Virus record (IMG/VR): IMGVR_UViG_3300027906_000015
Coordinates: 1 to 59,181 of that record
Direction: 5' to 3' (one strand)
Length of the DNA: 59,181 bases
Source of the DNA: a virus
Taxonomy: Duplodnaviria > Caudoviricetes
In this document: positions 47,851-57,160 of the stretch, one piece after another
How positions within the stretch are numbered: position 1 is the first letter of the stretch
Layout of the letters: each line of letters begins with the position of its first letter
The notes under the pieces: model-generated
The model's database searches: none
Seen by the model: the letters and a program-made list of their open reading frames with translations, nothing else
What the model was told of the DNA's origin: nothing
Program-made: the position numbers and the translations under genes

Positions 47851-48292
47851 TACGAAATACGATCACAGATATTTAGATTTAGCCAAGTTCTTTTCTACAT
47901 GGTCGAAAGACCCGAGCGCGCAGATAGGCGCGGTCGCGATAGGAGATAAAGGTCAAGTATTAGCCCAAGGGTATAATGGATTTCCTAGAAAGGTAGAAGA
48001 AACAGAATTAAGATTAAATGTAAGAGAAACAAAATACAAATATGTAGTTCATGCTGAAATGAATTGCATATACAATGCTTCATATAATGGAGCTAATTTA
48101 GATGGTAGCACGATGTACGTATACGGACTTCCCGTATGTCATGAGTGTGCAAAAGCCATTATTCAAGTTGGTATAAAAAGAGTAGTTATACCATTTGATC
48201 ATTTCACTAAGGTACCTGAGAGATGGATGGAATCTATCAAACTATCTCAAGGTATGTTTAATGAAGCTGGAGTCGAATATGATTCCATTTAG
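47840..48292 (+). CDS. cd: dCMP deaminase
   Basis: SKDP, GYNG, HAE, PVCHEC. Confidence 0.92.
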   Translation: MGSNTKYDHRYLDLAKFFSTWSKDPSAQIGAVAIGDKGQVLAQGYNGFPRKVEETELRLNVRETKYKYVVHAEMNCIYNASYNGANLDGSTMYVYGLPVCHECAKAIIQVGIKRVVIPFDHFTKVPERWMESIKLSQGMFNEAGVEYDSI

Positions 48293-48325
48293 GGGGTTTA
48301 CTTTTGTCCAAAAGTGTGGTATAAT
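48292..48325 (+). promoter_or_regulatory. sigma70-like promoter
   Basis: GGGGG-TTTACT-17 nt-TATAAT. Confidence 0.9.
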
Positions 48326-48361
48326 AGACCCTATTATTAACCAATCTAACGGAGGATATAT

Positions 48362-48877
48362 ATGTTAGGTGTAAATGAACAGTTTCCAGAGTTTGCTATG
48401 AATGTAGTTAAACCCTATGGAAACGAAATGACAAGTATAACTGAAGAAGATCTTGAAGGATCTTGGACAGTAATATACTTTTACCCAAAAGATTTTACAT
48501 TCATTTGTCCTACTGAGATAGCTGAATTCGATGGAATTCCAGCTGAAGAAGCCAGAGTTATTGGTATCTCAGGAGATAATGAATTCTGTAAAGTTGCTTG
48601 GAAAGAAACCAATTCAATGATTAGTGATATTAATCATGAGTTAGGTGCAGATTGTGGTTTAAATTTAACAAACGATTGTGGAATTGTAGAGCACGATGAA
48701 GGTGTAGCATTAAGAGCAACATTTATCTTAGATGAAGATAATGTAGTAAAATATGCTCAAGCTAATGCCTTAGATACAGGTAGAAATGCTAATGAAGTTT
48801 TAAGAACTTTAAGAGCACTCAAAGCTGGTGGGCTAACCGGATGTAGTTGGAACCCAGGGGAGGAGTTCGTTGCCTAG
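48362..48877 (+). CDS. ahpC: Peroxiredoxin (AhpC/Prx1 family)
   Basis: [21 protein letters not shown]-terminal Cys in GCSW. Confidence 0.92.
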   Translation: MLGVNEQFPEFAMNVVKPYGNEMTSITEEDLEGSWTVIYFYPKDFTFICPTEIAEFDGIPAEEARVIGISGDNEFCKVAWKETNSMISDINHELGADCGLNLTNDCGIVEHDEGVALRATFILDEDNVVKYAQANALDTGRNANEVLRTLRALKAGGLTGCSWNPGEEFVA

Positions 48878-49121
48878 TGTTGATCTAAGACCTCGAAAGA
48901 GGCATCCCCGGGATAAACGTCCAGCTAGACCTATGCCCTTTGATGTTGCATTACGTAAGTTTAAAAAGCAATGTGAAAAAGCTGGAATTGTACAAGAAGT
49001 TCGAAGAAGAGAATACTTTGAAAAACCTTGTCAAAAAAGGATTAGGAAAAAAGCAGAAGGAAGAGCTCGCTGGAAAAAGAAAGAAGCTTCAATGGCATTA
49101 AGACCTGAAAGGAGGTACTGA
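48870..49121 (+). CDS. rpsU: Ribosomal protein bS21
   Basis: [31 protein letters not shown]; TTG start after GGAGGAG. Confidence 0.9.
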   Translation: MPSVDLRPRKRHPRDKRPARPMPFDVALRKFKKQCEKAGIVQEVRRREYFEKPCQKRIRKKAEGRARWKKKEASMALRPERRY

Positions 49122-49122
49122 T

Positions 49123-50172
49123 ATGGGTGTAATGGATAAACTTAAAAAGAATTCAAAGATTAAAACAACAGATGTTTTAGCTGATTCTTTATTCTTTAAA
49201 GATGTGGATCAAATAACAACCTCAGTGCCTATGATAAACGTTGCTTTATCTGGTGATAAAGATGGCGGATTATCTGCAGGGTTAACTGTGTTAGCTGGTC
49301 CTTCAAAACATTTTAAAACATCATTTGCGTTATTAATCGCAGCTGATTATTTAAAAAAGTATGATGATGCTGTATTATTATTCTACGATTCAGAATTTGG
49401 TTCACCCCAAAGTTATTTTGAATCATTTGGAATTGATACTAATAGAGTATTACATACTCCTATCACTGATGTTGAACAACTTAAGTTTGATCTAGTTAAT
49501 CAACTAGAAGCATTAGAAAGGAAAGAAAAGGTAATTGTTATAATAGATTCTATCGGTAATTTAGCATCCAAAAAAGAATTGGAAGATGCTTTAAATGAAA
49601 AATCGGTAGCTGATATGTCAAGAGCCAAGGCGCTAAAAGGATTATTTAGAATGGTCACACCATATTTAACTATGAAAGATATTCCTCTTTTAGCTGTTAA
49701 TCATACCTATCAAGAGATGGGACTGTTTCCAAAAGCTATTGTGAGTGGAGGTACTGGTATCTACTACTCAGCTGATAATATATGGATTATTGGAAGACAA
49801 CAACAGAAGAAGGGAACAGAAGTTACAGGATATAATTTTGTTATCAATGTTGAAAAATCGAGATTTGTTCGAGAAAAGTCTAAGGTTCCTATTGGAGTTT
49901 CTTGGAATGGTGGTATTGAGCGTTACTCTGGTCTTCTGGACGTTGCTCTTGCTGGCGGCTATGTCGCTAAGCCTAACGTTGGTTGGTATTGCCGTGTTAA
50001 TAGAGAAACTGGAGAACTCATCGATCCTAAGTGCCGTGAAAAGGACACTCTCAACGAGGAGTTTTGGTCACCAATTTTTGAAGAGACAGACTTCAGTGAA
50101 TTCATTAAAGGTCACTACCAAATTGGACAAGTCCCCCTTCTAGATGTCGAACTAGATATAGAGGAAGAATAA
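49123..50172 (+). CDS. uvsX: Recombinase UvsX
   Basis: AGPSKHFKT, FYDSEFG, IDSIGNLAS, SGGTG. Confidence 0.95.
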   Translation: MGVMDKLKKNSKIKTTDVLADSLFFKDVDQITTSVPMINVALSGDKDGGLSAGLTVLAGPSKHFKTSFALLIAADYLKKYDDAVLLFYDSEFGSPQSYFESFGIDTNRVLHTPITDVEQLKFDLVNQLEALERKEKVIVIIDSIGNLASKKELEDALNEKSVADMSRAKALKGLFRMVTPYLTMKDIPLLAVNHTYQEMGLFPKAIVSGGTGIYYSADNIWIIGRQQQKKGTEVTGYNFVINVEKSRFVREKSKVPIGVSWNGGIERYSGLLDVALAGGYVAKPNVGWYCRVNRETGELIDPKCREKDTLNEEFWSPIFEETDFSEFIKGHYQIGQVPLLDVELDIEEE

Positions 50173-50528
50173 TGGAAATTACAATCGAAGACTATCAATT
50201 GGTAGAATCAAACGATGTAGAATTCTATGGTGTTAAACTAACTACAGGTAAGTGGAAAGATGTCATATACATATATGGTGAGGTAAAAATAAAAGAATCA
50301 CCAGAACTGGATATAGCAACACTAGCATTTACCTATAACATCACAGATTCGGCAAGTTTCGAAGAAGAAGATCTTATTAATGATATAGACTTTCGAAACT
50401 ATATAGGCGGAGTACTTCAGCACATAATGGAAGACTCTTTAGATTATGCAGAAGAAAATAATGTAGGAATAATTGGAATTGGACATAACGAATCAAATAC
50501 AGACACACATACTGAATCATCTGATTAA
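50172..50528 (+). CDS. Hypothetical protein (gp40 position)
   Basis: Acidic 118 aa protein between uvsX and gp41. Confidence 0.55.
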   Translation: MEITIEDYQLVESNDVEFYGVKLTTGKWKDVIYIYGEVKIKESPELDIATLAFTYNITDSASFEEEDLINDIDFRNYIGGVLQHIMEDSLDYAEENNVGIIGIGHNESNTDTHTESSD

Positions 50529-51870
50529 TGATGAGGATTACTGCAGAAGAGTAATACCTTTTCTTAAGAAAGATTATTTCGAAGGAACACATAAAGTTGT
50601 GTTTGACCTTATTGTTAGTTTTGTAGCTAAACATAATAAGATTCCTTCAGGTAAAATATTAGAATTAGAACTTAAGAAAGTTAGTGCTAGTGATGATGTA
50701 TTAACTCAATCTAATAATCTTATAGATGAAATAAAAGTTAAATCTGATATAGAGATAGATTACTTAGTTGATGAATCGGAAAAGTGGTGTAGAGATAGAG
50801 CAATCTATAATGCCATAATGGAATCGATTCAGATCATTGATGGAAAAGGAAAAGATAAAGGTGAAGGAGCAATTCCAGAAATACTATCGAATGCTTTGGG
50901 TGTTAATTTTGATCCAAATATTGGTCACGATTATATCGATAACTCTTCGGACAGATTCGATTTCTATAACACAACCGAAACAAGAATCCCGTGGGATTTA
51001 GATTACTTTAATAAAATAACGAAAGGTGGTTTACCGAATAAAACCTTGAACATCGCCATGGCAGGTACCGGTGTAGGTAAATCACTTTTCATGTGCCATT
51101 GTGCAGCAGCTAATTTAGAGATAGGTAAAAACGTTCTTTATATTACTATGGAAATGGCAGAAGAAAGGATTGCAGAAAGAATCGATGCAAACCTTATGGA
51201 TTACCCAATCCAACAATTAAATACATTACCTAAAAATGTATTCGATTCTAAGATACAAAACATTGCGAAAGCTTCTATAGGTAAACTTATAGTGAAAGAA
51301 TATCCAACAGGAGCAGCGCATACAGGTCATTTTAGAGCTTTATTAAATGAGCTCAAATTGAAAAAGAATTTCATGCCAGATATCATTTATATTGATTATC
51401 TGAATATTTGTGCTTCTAGTCGCGTCCGTGGGCTCGGTGGAAGTATAAATACTTACTCATATGTTAAATCTATTGCGGAAGAGTTAAGAGGTTTAGCAGT
51501 TGAGTTTAATGTCCCAATCGTGAGTGCAACGCAAACGACTAGATCTGGTTATAGTAATACTGATGTAGGATTAGAGGACACTTCGGAATCATTTGGTTTG
51601 CCAGCGACGGCCGACCTCATGTTCGCTTTGATTAGTACAGAGGAACTTGAGGATTTAGGTCAGATACTAGTAAAACAATTGAAAAATCGTTATAACGATC
51701 CAACTAAATACAAGCGTTTTGTAGTTGGTATAGATCGTTCCCGCATGAAGTTATACGATGTAGAGGAGTCAGCCCAAACTGATATTATATCAGATCTTGG
51801 TCCTGATAAACCAATAAATAAATTCGGGGAAGGCGAAGTAAAAGATCCTTACTCTGAATTTAAAATATAA
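50473..51870 (+). CDS. gp41: Replicative helicase gp41
   Basis: AGTGVGKS, IDYLN, SATQ, ESFGLPATAD, QLKNRY. Confidence 0.96.
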   Translation: MELDITNQIQTHILNHLINDEDYCRRVIPFLKKDYFEGTHKVVFDLIVSFVAKHNKIPSGKILELELKKVSASDDVLTQSNNLIDEIKVKSDIEIDYLVDESEKWCRDRAIYNAIMESIQIIDGKGKDKGEGAIPEILSNALGVNFDPNIGHDYIDNSSDRFDFYNTTETRIPWDLDYFNKITKGGLPNKTLNIAMAGTGVGKSLFMCHCAAANLEIGKNVLYITMEMAEERIAERIDANLMDYPIQQLNTLPKNVFDSKIQNIAKASIGKLIVKEYPTGAAHTGHFRALLNELKLKKNFMPDIIYIDYLNICASSRVRGLGGSINTYSYVKSIAEELRGLAVEFNVPIVSATQTTRSGYSNTDVGLEDTSESFGLPATADLMFALISTEELEDLGQILVKQLKNRYNDPTKYKRFVVGIDRSRMKLYDVEESAQTDIISDLGPDKPINKFGEGEVKDPYSEFKI

Positions 51871-51882
51871 CGAGGAAAATAT

Positions 51883-52059
51883 ATGTTAGTAAAAGCAAAA
51901 GATTGGATAATGGAAAGAGTCAGTGAAAGAACTAGTCTCGACGGCGCTATGTTAATAGCAGTTGGCGGATCAGTTATTTTATTTGGTGGACTAGCTAAAT
52001 TGTTAGCTTGGGTCGCTGTACTCTGGGGTATCTTTACCCTAGTTAAGGCGGAGGCGTAA
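51883..52059 (+). CDS. Small two-TM membrane protein (58 aa)
   Basis: GAGG SD; ERTSLDG then two hydrophobic segments; read manually. Confidence 0.65.
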   Translation: MLVKAKDWIMERVSERTSLDGAMLIAVGGSVILFGGLAKLLAWVAVLWGIFTLVKAEA

Positions 52060-52061
52060 GC

Positions 52062-52679
52062 ATGAAACAGTTTCTAGCAACCATCTTATTGATGGCAGGA
52101 TTATCTACTTCAGTTAATGCTGCAGACTTTTCAGGTTCGCTTGGATGGTCTTCAGATTATATCTGGAGAGGTGTATCCCAAAATGCTAATAATCCAGCAC
52201 TTCATATCGACTTAGCGGTTGAACATGAAGGTTGGTATTTAGGTACTTGGGCAAGTCATACTGATTTAGGAATGGACAATTCTTACGAATACGATTTTTA
52301 TGGAGGCTACGATATGAAGCTTACAGATAAATTGTTAGTAGGAGGAGGATTCTTACAATATAATTATAACGGCGGTATTGAAAAAGTTACTGAACTATTC
52401 GTAGGTGGTAGCTATGCAGATATGGTTGAATTATGGTATTATGTTGATCATGAGAATTCTGATCTTTCGTATTTAGATACGAAGGTTAAAGTACCATTTA
52501 TATCCGTTGTTGATTTACACTTAAACTACGGCAAATGGAAAGATGGTGATGATGTTATCGGATTCACACTTTCAAAACAGCTGAATGATAACTTTGGAAT
52601 AAACCTTATGGTTTTGGAAGAAGCTAGACATGGTAAATTCATGGATTCAGCTGCTTTAGGATTTACTTATAATTTCTAA
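52062..52679 (+). CDS. Outer-membrane beta-barrel, TorF/Gcw_chp (TIGR02001)-like porin
   Basis: Signal peptide, SDYIWRGVSQ motif, EYDFYGGY, C-terminal YNF. Confidence 0.8.
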   Translation: MKQFLATILLMAGLSTSVNAADFSGSLGWSSDYIWRGVSQNANNPALHIDLAVEHEGWYLGTWASHTDLGMDNSYEYDFYGGYDMKLTDKLLVGGGFLQYNYNGGIEKVTELFVGGSYADMVELWYYVDHENSDLSYLDTKVKVPFISVVDLHLNYGKWKDGDDVIGFTLSKQLNDNFGINLMVLEEARHGKFMDSAALGFTYNF

Positions 52680-52701
52680 AGTTCACGAAAAAGTGACGAA
52701 A

Positions 52702-52736
52702 GGGGGGTTTACAAACCCCCTTTTTTGTGGTATAAT
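52702..52736 (+). promoter_or_regulatory. sigma70-like promoter overlapping a terminator-like hairpin
   Basis: GGGGGG-TTTACA-17 nt-TATAAT; GGGGGTTT-AC-AAACCCCC-TTTTTT. Confidence 0.85.
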
Positions 52737-52769
52737 AGACCTATATAAAATAAAAAAGTAAGGAGAATT

Positions 52770-53144
52770 ATGCAACAACTAGAAAAACTAAACGAAAAAA
52801 TTGATCTTCTATGTGAAAATATTGTAAAAGCACATGATGAAGATTTCCCAAGCTTAGCGGGTAAACTTTCAGTTAACGCTAAAAAAGGACAAAAATTTAT
52901 CAAAATCATTAGACAAGATAATGATGGTTCTGGTAGATCAGTATGGGGTTTTATTAACTTAAAACATTCTGATTTCGAAGTTGGTGATATACTTTTAGCA
53001 AAGAGTTGGGCAGCTCCAGCTCTTAATAAAGCAAGAGGTAATTTATTATCTGCACCTTATATCGTTAAAGGTATGAGACAGTATGGTCCAGGATACTTAT
53101 CTGGATATTGTGCAGGTGGAAAAAGAGATGGAGGTTTAGTATAA
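52770..53144 (+). CDS. Hypothetical early protein
   Basis: Strong SD; SVWGFI...GDILLAKSWAAPA. Confidence 0.7.
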   Translation: MQQLEKLNEKIDLLCENIVKAHDEDFPSLAGKLSVNAKKGQKFIKIIRQDNDGSGRSVWGFINLKHSDFEVGDILLAKSWAAPALNKARGNLLSAPYIVKGMRQYGPGYLSGYCAGGKRDGGLV

Positions 53145-53344
53145 TGAGTCACCCAGTAAATGATATGATAGCAGATGAAGCTATTCAAATATTTGATTCT
53201 ATGAGCTTTGATGAGCAAATGGAAAAAATGAAAGGTTGGTCTTATGATCCTTTTAACTCAATGAGTGGTAAAGATCAAAGAGAATGCTTCGCTGTTAATA
53301 AAATATTTGAAGAAATGATGGAAAGACCAGGTCCTCACGGATAA
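53144..53344 (+). CDS. Hypothetical protein
   Basis: TAATG-coupled start at 53144. Confidence 0.55.
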   Translation: MSHPVNDMIADEAIQIFDSMSFDEQMEKMKGWSYDPFNSMSGKDQRECFAVNKIFEEMMERPGPHG

Positions 53345-53354
53345 GGAAATTAAT

Positions 53355-53642
53355 ATGGAATTTGATAAAAAAGAATTAGAAAATTCAAAAAGGATATTTA
53401 AATCCGCAACACCAAAATATACCGTTGATTGGTATATTAAATGGATAGCAAGCTCGTTTGTTTTAGGAGCAATGTCTATTAGAGGTATTGAAGGATTACA
53501 ACAAACGGATTTAATATTATCCTTAATCGGGGTAACAGGATGGTTAACCGTTTCTATCTTATGGAAAGATAGAGCACTTATAATGCTAAATGGTGCAGGT
53601 TTACTATTCTTAATTAAAAATTTAGCAGAAAGGATATTTTAG
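53355..53642 (+). CDS. Small membrane protein
   Basis: Three hydrophobic segments; WKDRALIMLN. Confidence 0.65.
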   Translation: MEFDKKELENSKRIFKSATPKYTVDWYIKWIASSFVLGAMSIRGIEGLQQTDLILSLIGVTGWLTVSILWKDRALIMLNGAGLLFLIKNLAERIF

Positions 53643-53644
53643 TA

Positions 53645-54076
53645 ATGGATAGAAAAGCAATAATTGTAGATATTGATGGTACTGTTGCAACTCATTATGA
53701 TGCTGATGGAAATCAAACTAGAGAACATCACGATTATTCTCAGGTTGGAACAGATCTTCCTATACAGCCTATAATTGATCTTGTAAAAATGTATGAAGAT
53801 AAAGGTTATCATATAATCTTTGTTTCAGGTAGAATGGATCATTGCAGACAAGATACTATTCAATGGTTAATAGATCATGATGTTCCTTTTGATGAATTAT
53901 TCATGAGAAGGTTCAAAGATTTTAGAGCTGATGATATTGTTAAAGAAGAGATATATAGAGCATATATTGAAGAACAATATAATGTTGAAATTGTTCTTGA
54001 CGATAGAAACAGAGTTGTTGATATGTGGAGAAGAATTGGATTAAGAGTTCTTCAAGTAGCTGAAGGTGATTTTTAA
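53645..54076 (+). CDS. HAD phosphatase, T4 PseT/PNK 3'-phosphatase-like domain
   Basis: DIDGT, SGR, R.D..VKEE, LDDR...MWR. Confidence 0.85.
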   Translation: MDRKAIIVDIDGTVATHYDADGNQTREHHDYSQVGTDLPIQPIIDLVKMYEDKGYHIIFVSGRMDHCRQDTIQWLIDHDVPFDELFMRRFKDFRADDIVKEEIYRAYIEEQYNVEIVLDDRNRVVDMWRRIGLRVLQVAEGDF

Positions 54077-54279
54077 TGGGTCGACCACTAATGATAAGAT
54101 ACCATTCAGTTGAAACCTTTGATGATGATAAGATACTCCCTCACAGAATGAGGGAGATATCTGATCAATTGAAAAAAGAAGAGCCTGGTTCTGAAATAGA
54201 TTTTTATACTAGACAATGGGCTACAGGGAAATGGGAGTTGAAATATACCATATGGAAACCTGGCATACAATCATCTTAA
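54076..54279 (+). CDS. Hypothetical protein
   Basis: TAATG-coupled 67 aa ORF. Confidence 0.55.
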   Translation: MGRPLMIRYHSVETFDDDKILPHRMREISDQLKKEEPGSEIDFYTRQWATGKWELKYTIWKPGIQSS

Positions 54280-54446
54280 TAATATTTGGTGGTGCATTTG
54301 GCTGGCATATGTATCGAGTAGGTATGCGTGCTGGAGCTGAAGGTATGATTAATAAATTACGAGAACTAAAAGTTATATCCTACGACAATAGGGGACATGT
54401 TCGACCTAATCCCTTTTGGGAAGAACATCAGAAACCAAAGAATTAA
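54252..54446 (+). CDS. Small membrane protein
   Basis: Probable ATG at 54252; N-terminal TM segment. Confidence 0.55.
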   Translation: METWHTIILIIFGGAFGWHMYRVGMRAGAEGMINKLRELKVISYDNRGHVRPNPFWEEHQKPKN

Positions 54447-54450
54447 TTTG

Positions 54451-54458
54451 TATAAATA
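54451..54458 (+). promoter_or_regulatory. T4-type late promoter
   Basis: TATAAATA upstream of 54497. Confidence 0.8.
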
Positions 54459-54496
54459 GACGTATAACTTTTTATTTTTAATGGGAAATATGTTTA

Positions 54497-55903
54497 ATGC
54501 GTTTTAGTTCATATATAAAACAACCGCTAGTAGAAGCAGTAAAACTAACTCCGTCTGAGTTAGAAAAGCAAAACTCTAGAACAAAAGAAGATCGAATTGA
54601 CATCCTTACAAGATTAATAAAGGATAAAACTCCTTTAGAACTTGCAAAAGGTGGATCTTTCACGGTTGGAGAAATAGAATCAGCATTAGTTAATTGCGCA
54701 TTATTTAAAAAGAATCCTGACCATTTCGGAAAGGTTGGTTTCCCTCTTATAGCAACAGATGGAACCGAATATAAATCAAATGATCTAGCTAAATCCAAAG
54801 TATTTGGAGGAGGCGTTGGTGGTGCTGGTTCTGGTACCAAAGATACAGAAAGAAATGAATCACATAACGCGTGTATGATGCGCGCGGTAGTTGATGATGG
54901 ATATAATAATGATTTAGATCATTTTAATGATGAGCGTATAGCTCAAGCTTATAAAGATAATGGATCAGCTAATATATCTGCAAATACAGATAAGATATTA
55001 GAAACCCCAGAGAATTGGTGGTTATCATCTTATATTATATCTAAATTCTTAGCAGAAAAAGGATATATTAATAAAGATCAAATTTTTGATCGTGGTGGTC
55101 CTGGTATGACCTTAGTATATGCTCTTAAAAATGAAGCATATAGAAACAATGGATTTAAACCATTAAAAGATGATAAGTGGAATCCAGGAGATGTATGGGC
55201 AATAGAAGATGGATTAGATCTTAAATCAGAATTAGATACTTCCTCAGTAGGTGCATTTAATAGATCAATAATGAATTTATTTGTTGATAGAAAATTAGTT
55301 GCTATATCATTGAAAGGTCCTGAATCAAAATCCCCACCTCCTAATTCAACATATAATCTTAAACAACCACCTGAATCCCCAGTACATAAACTTAAAGAAA
55401 TTAAATTAGAATCCGGACGTGGTGACTTCTGGTCAGCAAAAGGAATGGAAATAGTTTATGATACAGGTTCAATGACCTTTAAAGATAACTCTCCAGGTGG
55501 AACAAACAAAGCTGAAATAAAAGGTAAGAAAGCCCGTGGTGGTGGATTATCTTGGGGTATTATGATAGAATTTATAAAGAGAGAAGCTAGAAGAGCTCCA
55601 CCAGAACACGCAAAAGGAATTAAACCAACCGCTAAAAAAATAGCAAAAGGTAATGCTAGAGCTACTAAATTAATGTTTGGTTTATTTAATCATTTCTACC
55701 CAAGTGTACCTGAAAAGGAATTCAAAGAAGAATTAGCTAAGAAAGATTGGACGTGGATCTCAGCTAAACTTGGTGCTTTATACGTTGCTTATTACTTATC
55801 TAAGAATACTGGAACTAAAGCTAATGCAATGATAACTAATTTCGTTAACTACGCTGGATCTGATTTATTAGATTCTAGTACATATATTAAAGTAGGAAAA
55901 TAA
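54497..55903 (+). CDS. Putative internal head protein with restriction-endonuclease-like motifs
   Basis: CTS-like N-terminus; E...WNPGDVW...ISLK. Confidence 0.5.
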   Translation: MRFSSYIKQPLVEAVKLTPSELEKQNSRTKEDRIDILTRLIKDKTPLELAKGGSFTVGEIESALVNCALFKKNPDHFGKVGFPLIATDGTEYKSNDLAKSKVFGGGVGGAGSGTKDTERNESHNACMMRAVVDDGYNNDLDHFNDERIAQAYKDNGSANISANTDKILETPENWWLSSYIISKFLAEKGYINKDQIFDRGGPGMTLVYALKNEAYRNNGFKPLKDDKWNPGDVWAIEDGLDLKSELDTSSVGAFNRSIMNLFVDRKLVAISLKGPESKSPPPNSTYNLKQPPESPVHKLKEIKLESGRGDFWSAKGMEIVYDTGSMTFKDNSPGGTNKAEIKGKKARGGGLSWGIMIEFIKREARRAPPEHAKGIKPTAKKIAKGNARATKLMFGLFNHFYPSVPEKEFKEELAKKDWTWISAKLGALYVAYYLSKNTGTKANAMITNFVNYAGSDLLDSSTYIKVGK

Positions 55904-57144
55904 TGGAATCATTTAAAACATTTAAACAACCCCTACAAGAAGCAAAGAATACTCATATGACCCATATAGAGGATTTAGTTCTTGATGGAGGAGTCAAGGG
56001 AGCCAGACAAGCGATTTTAGCGCTCAGATCACTAAGAGACATGCTTGCTGGGAACACACCCACTGCTGCTGATATCACAGTTAAATGGGACGGTGCTCCC
56101 GCCGTATTCGCAGGTATAGATCCTAGTGATGGAGAATTCTTCGTTGCTAAGAAAGGTATATTTGCAAAAAATTCCAAGGTATATAAATCGCATGATGATA
56201 TAGATGCTGATACCTCTGGGGATTTAGCTAAAAAACTTAAATTGGCTTATGACCATTTAAAAGACTTGGGCATCGATGGTGTTATCCAAGGCGATTTTAT
56301 GTTCGATAAAAAAGATTTAGGTTCTGAAAAAATAAATGGAGTTAAATATACTACATTTCATCCTAATACTATAATGTATGCAATACCTGTAGGAACGCCT
56401 TTAGAAAAGAAAATAAAGAAAGCAAAGATAGGTATTGTTTGGCATACCAAATATAAAGGATCATCATTTGAAACAATGAATGCGGAATTTGGTGTAGAGA
56501 TTTCTTCTAAGTTAAAAAGTTCTTCTAAAGTTTGGCAAGTAGATGCAACATTACCACAACAAGAAGGTGCGGTATTAGATGCAGATGATACGAAAGCAGT
56601 TACAACAGCATTATCTAATGCAGGTAAAACATTCAAAAAGATTGCTTCATCTACCCTAAAAGAAATAGAAGAAGATTCAGAATTAAACTTATTAATCAAT
56701 ACTTTTAATAATACAAAGGTAAGAGCAGCAGAAAGAATTACTAATCCAAAAAAACATGTTAAAGAATTAATCGATTGGGTTAACCTCAGATACTATAAAC
56801 AAAAAGAAAAATTAAGTTCTGATAAAGGTAAAGCTGGTGTTGATGCAAAAAAAGAAAGAATTATGACATTTTTCTCAACGAAAAACAAAAAAAATCTTGA
56901 AAATGTCTTTAATTTACAGAATTACATCGTGGATGCGAAATTAATTATTATAAATAAACTAAACGGTCTAAGTAATATTGGAACGTTTTTAAAAACTAAG
57001 TCCGGATTTAAAGTAACCAACCCAGAAGGTTTTGTTGCTATAGATCGTATGGAAGGTGGAGCGGTTAAGTTAGTTGATAGATTAGAATTTTCTACAAATA
57101 ACTTTTCTGCCGATATAATAAAAGGCTGGGATAATCCAGGCTAG
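55903..57144 (+). CDS. Ligase-like nucleotidyltransferase (DUF6267-like)
   Basis: KWDG, QGD, EGFV and VKL motifs of the ligase/capping superfamily. Confidence 0.6.
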   Translation: MESFKTFKQPLQEAKNTHMTHIEDLVLDGGVKGARQAILALRSLRDMLAGNTPTAADITVKWDGAPAVFAGIDPSDGEFFVAKKGIFAKNSKVYKSHDDIDADTSGDLAKKLKLAYDHLKDLGIDGVIQGDFMFDKKDLGSEKINGVKYTTFHPNTIMYAIPVGTPLEKKIKKAKIGIVWHTKYKGSSFETMNAEFGVEISSKLKSSSKVWQVDATLPQQEGAVLDADDTKAVTTALSNAGKTFKKIASSTLKEIEEDSELNLLINTFNNTKVRAAERITNPKKHVKELIDWVNLRYYKQKEKLSSDKGKAGVDAKKERIMTFFSTKNKKNLENVFNLQNYIVDAKLIIINKLNGLSNIGTFLKTKSGFKVTNPEGFVAIDRMEGGAVKLVDRLEFSTNNFSADIIKGWDNPG

Positions 57145-57160
57145 ATGGGACCAAGGATAA

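Noticed and set aside
13257-51870. Introns, inteins or homing endonucleases in gp17, uvsW, gp43 or gp41
   Set aside because: Genes are uninterrupted and of ordinary length; no intein or HNH/GIY-YIG motifs seen
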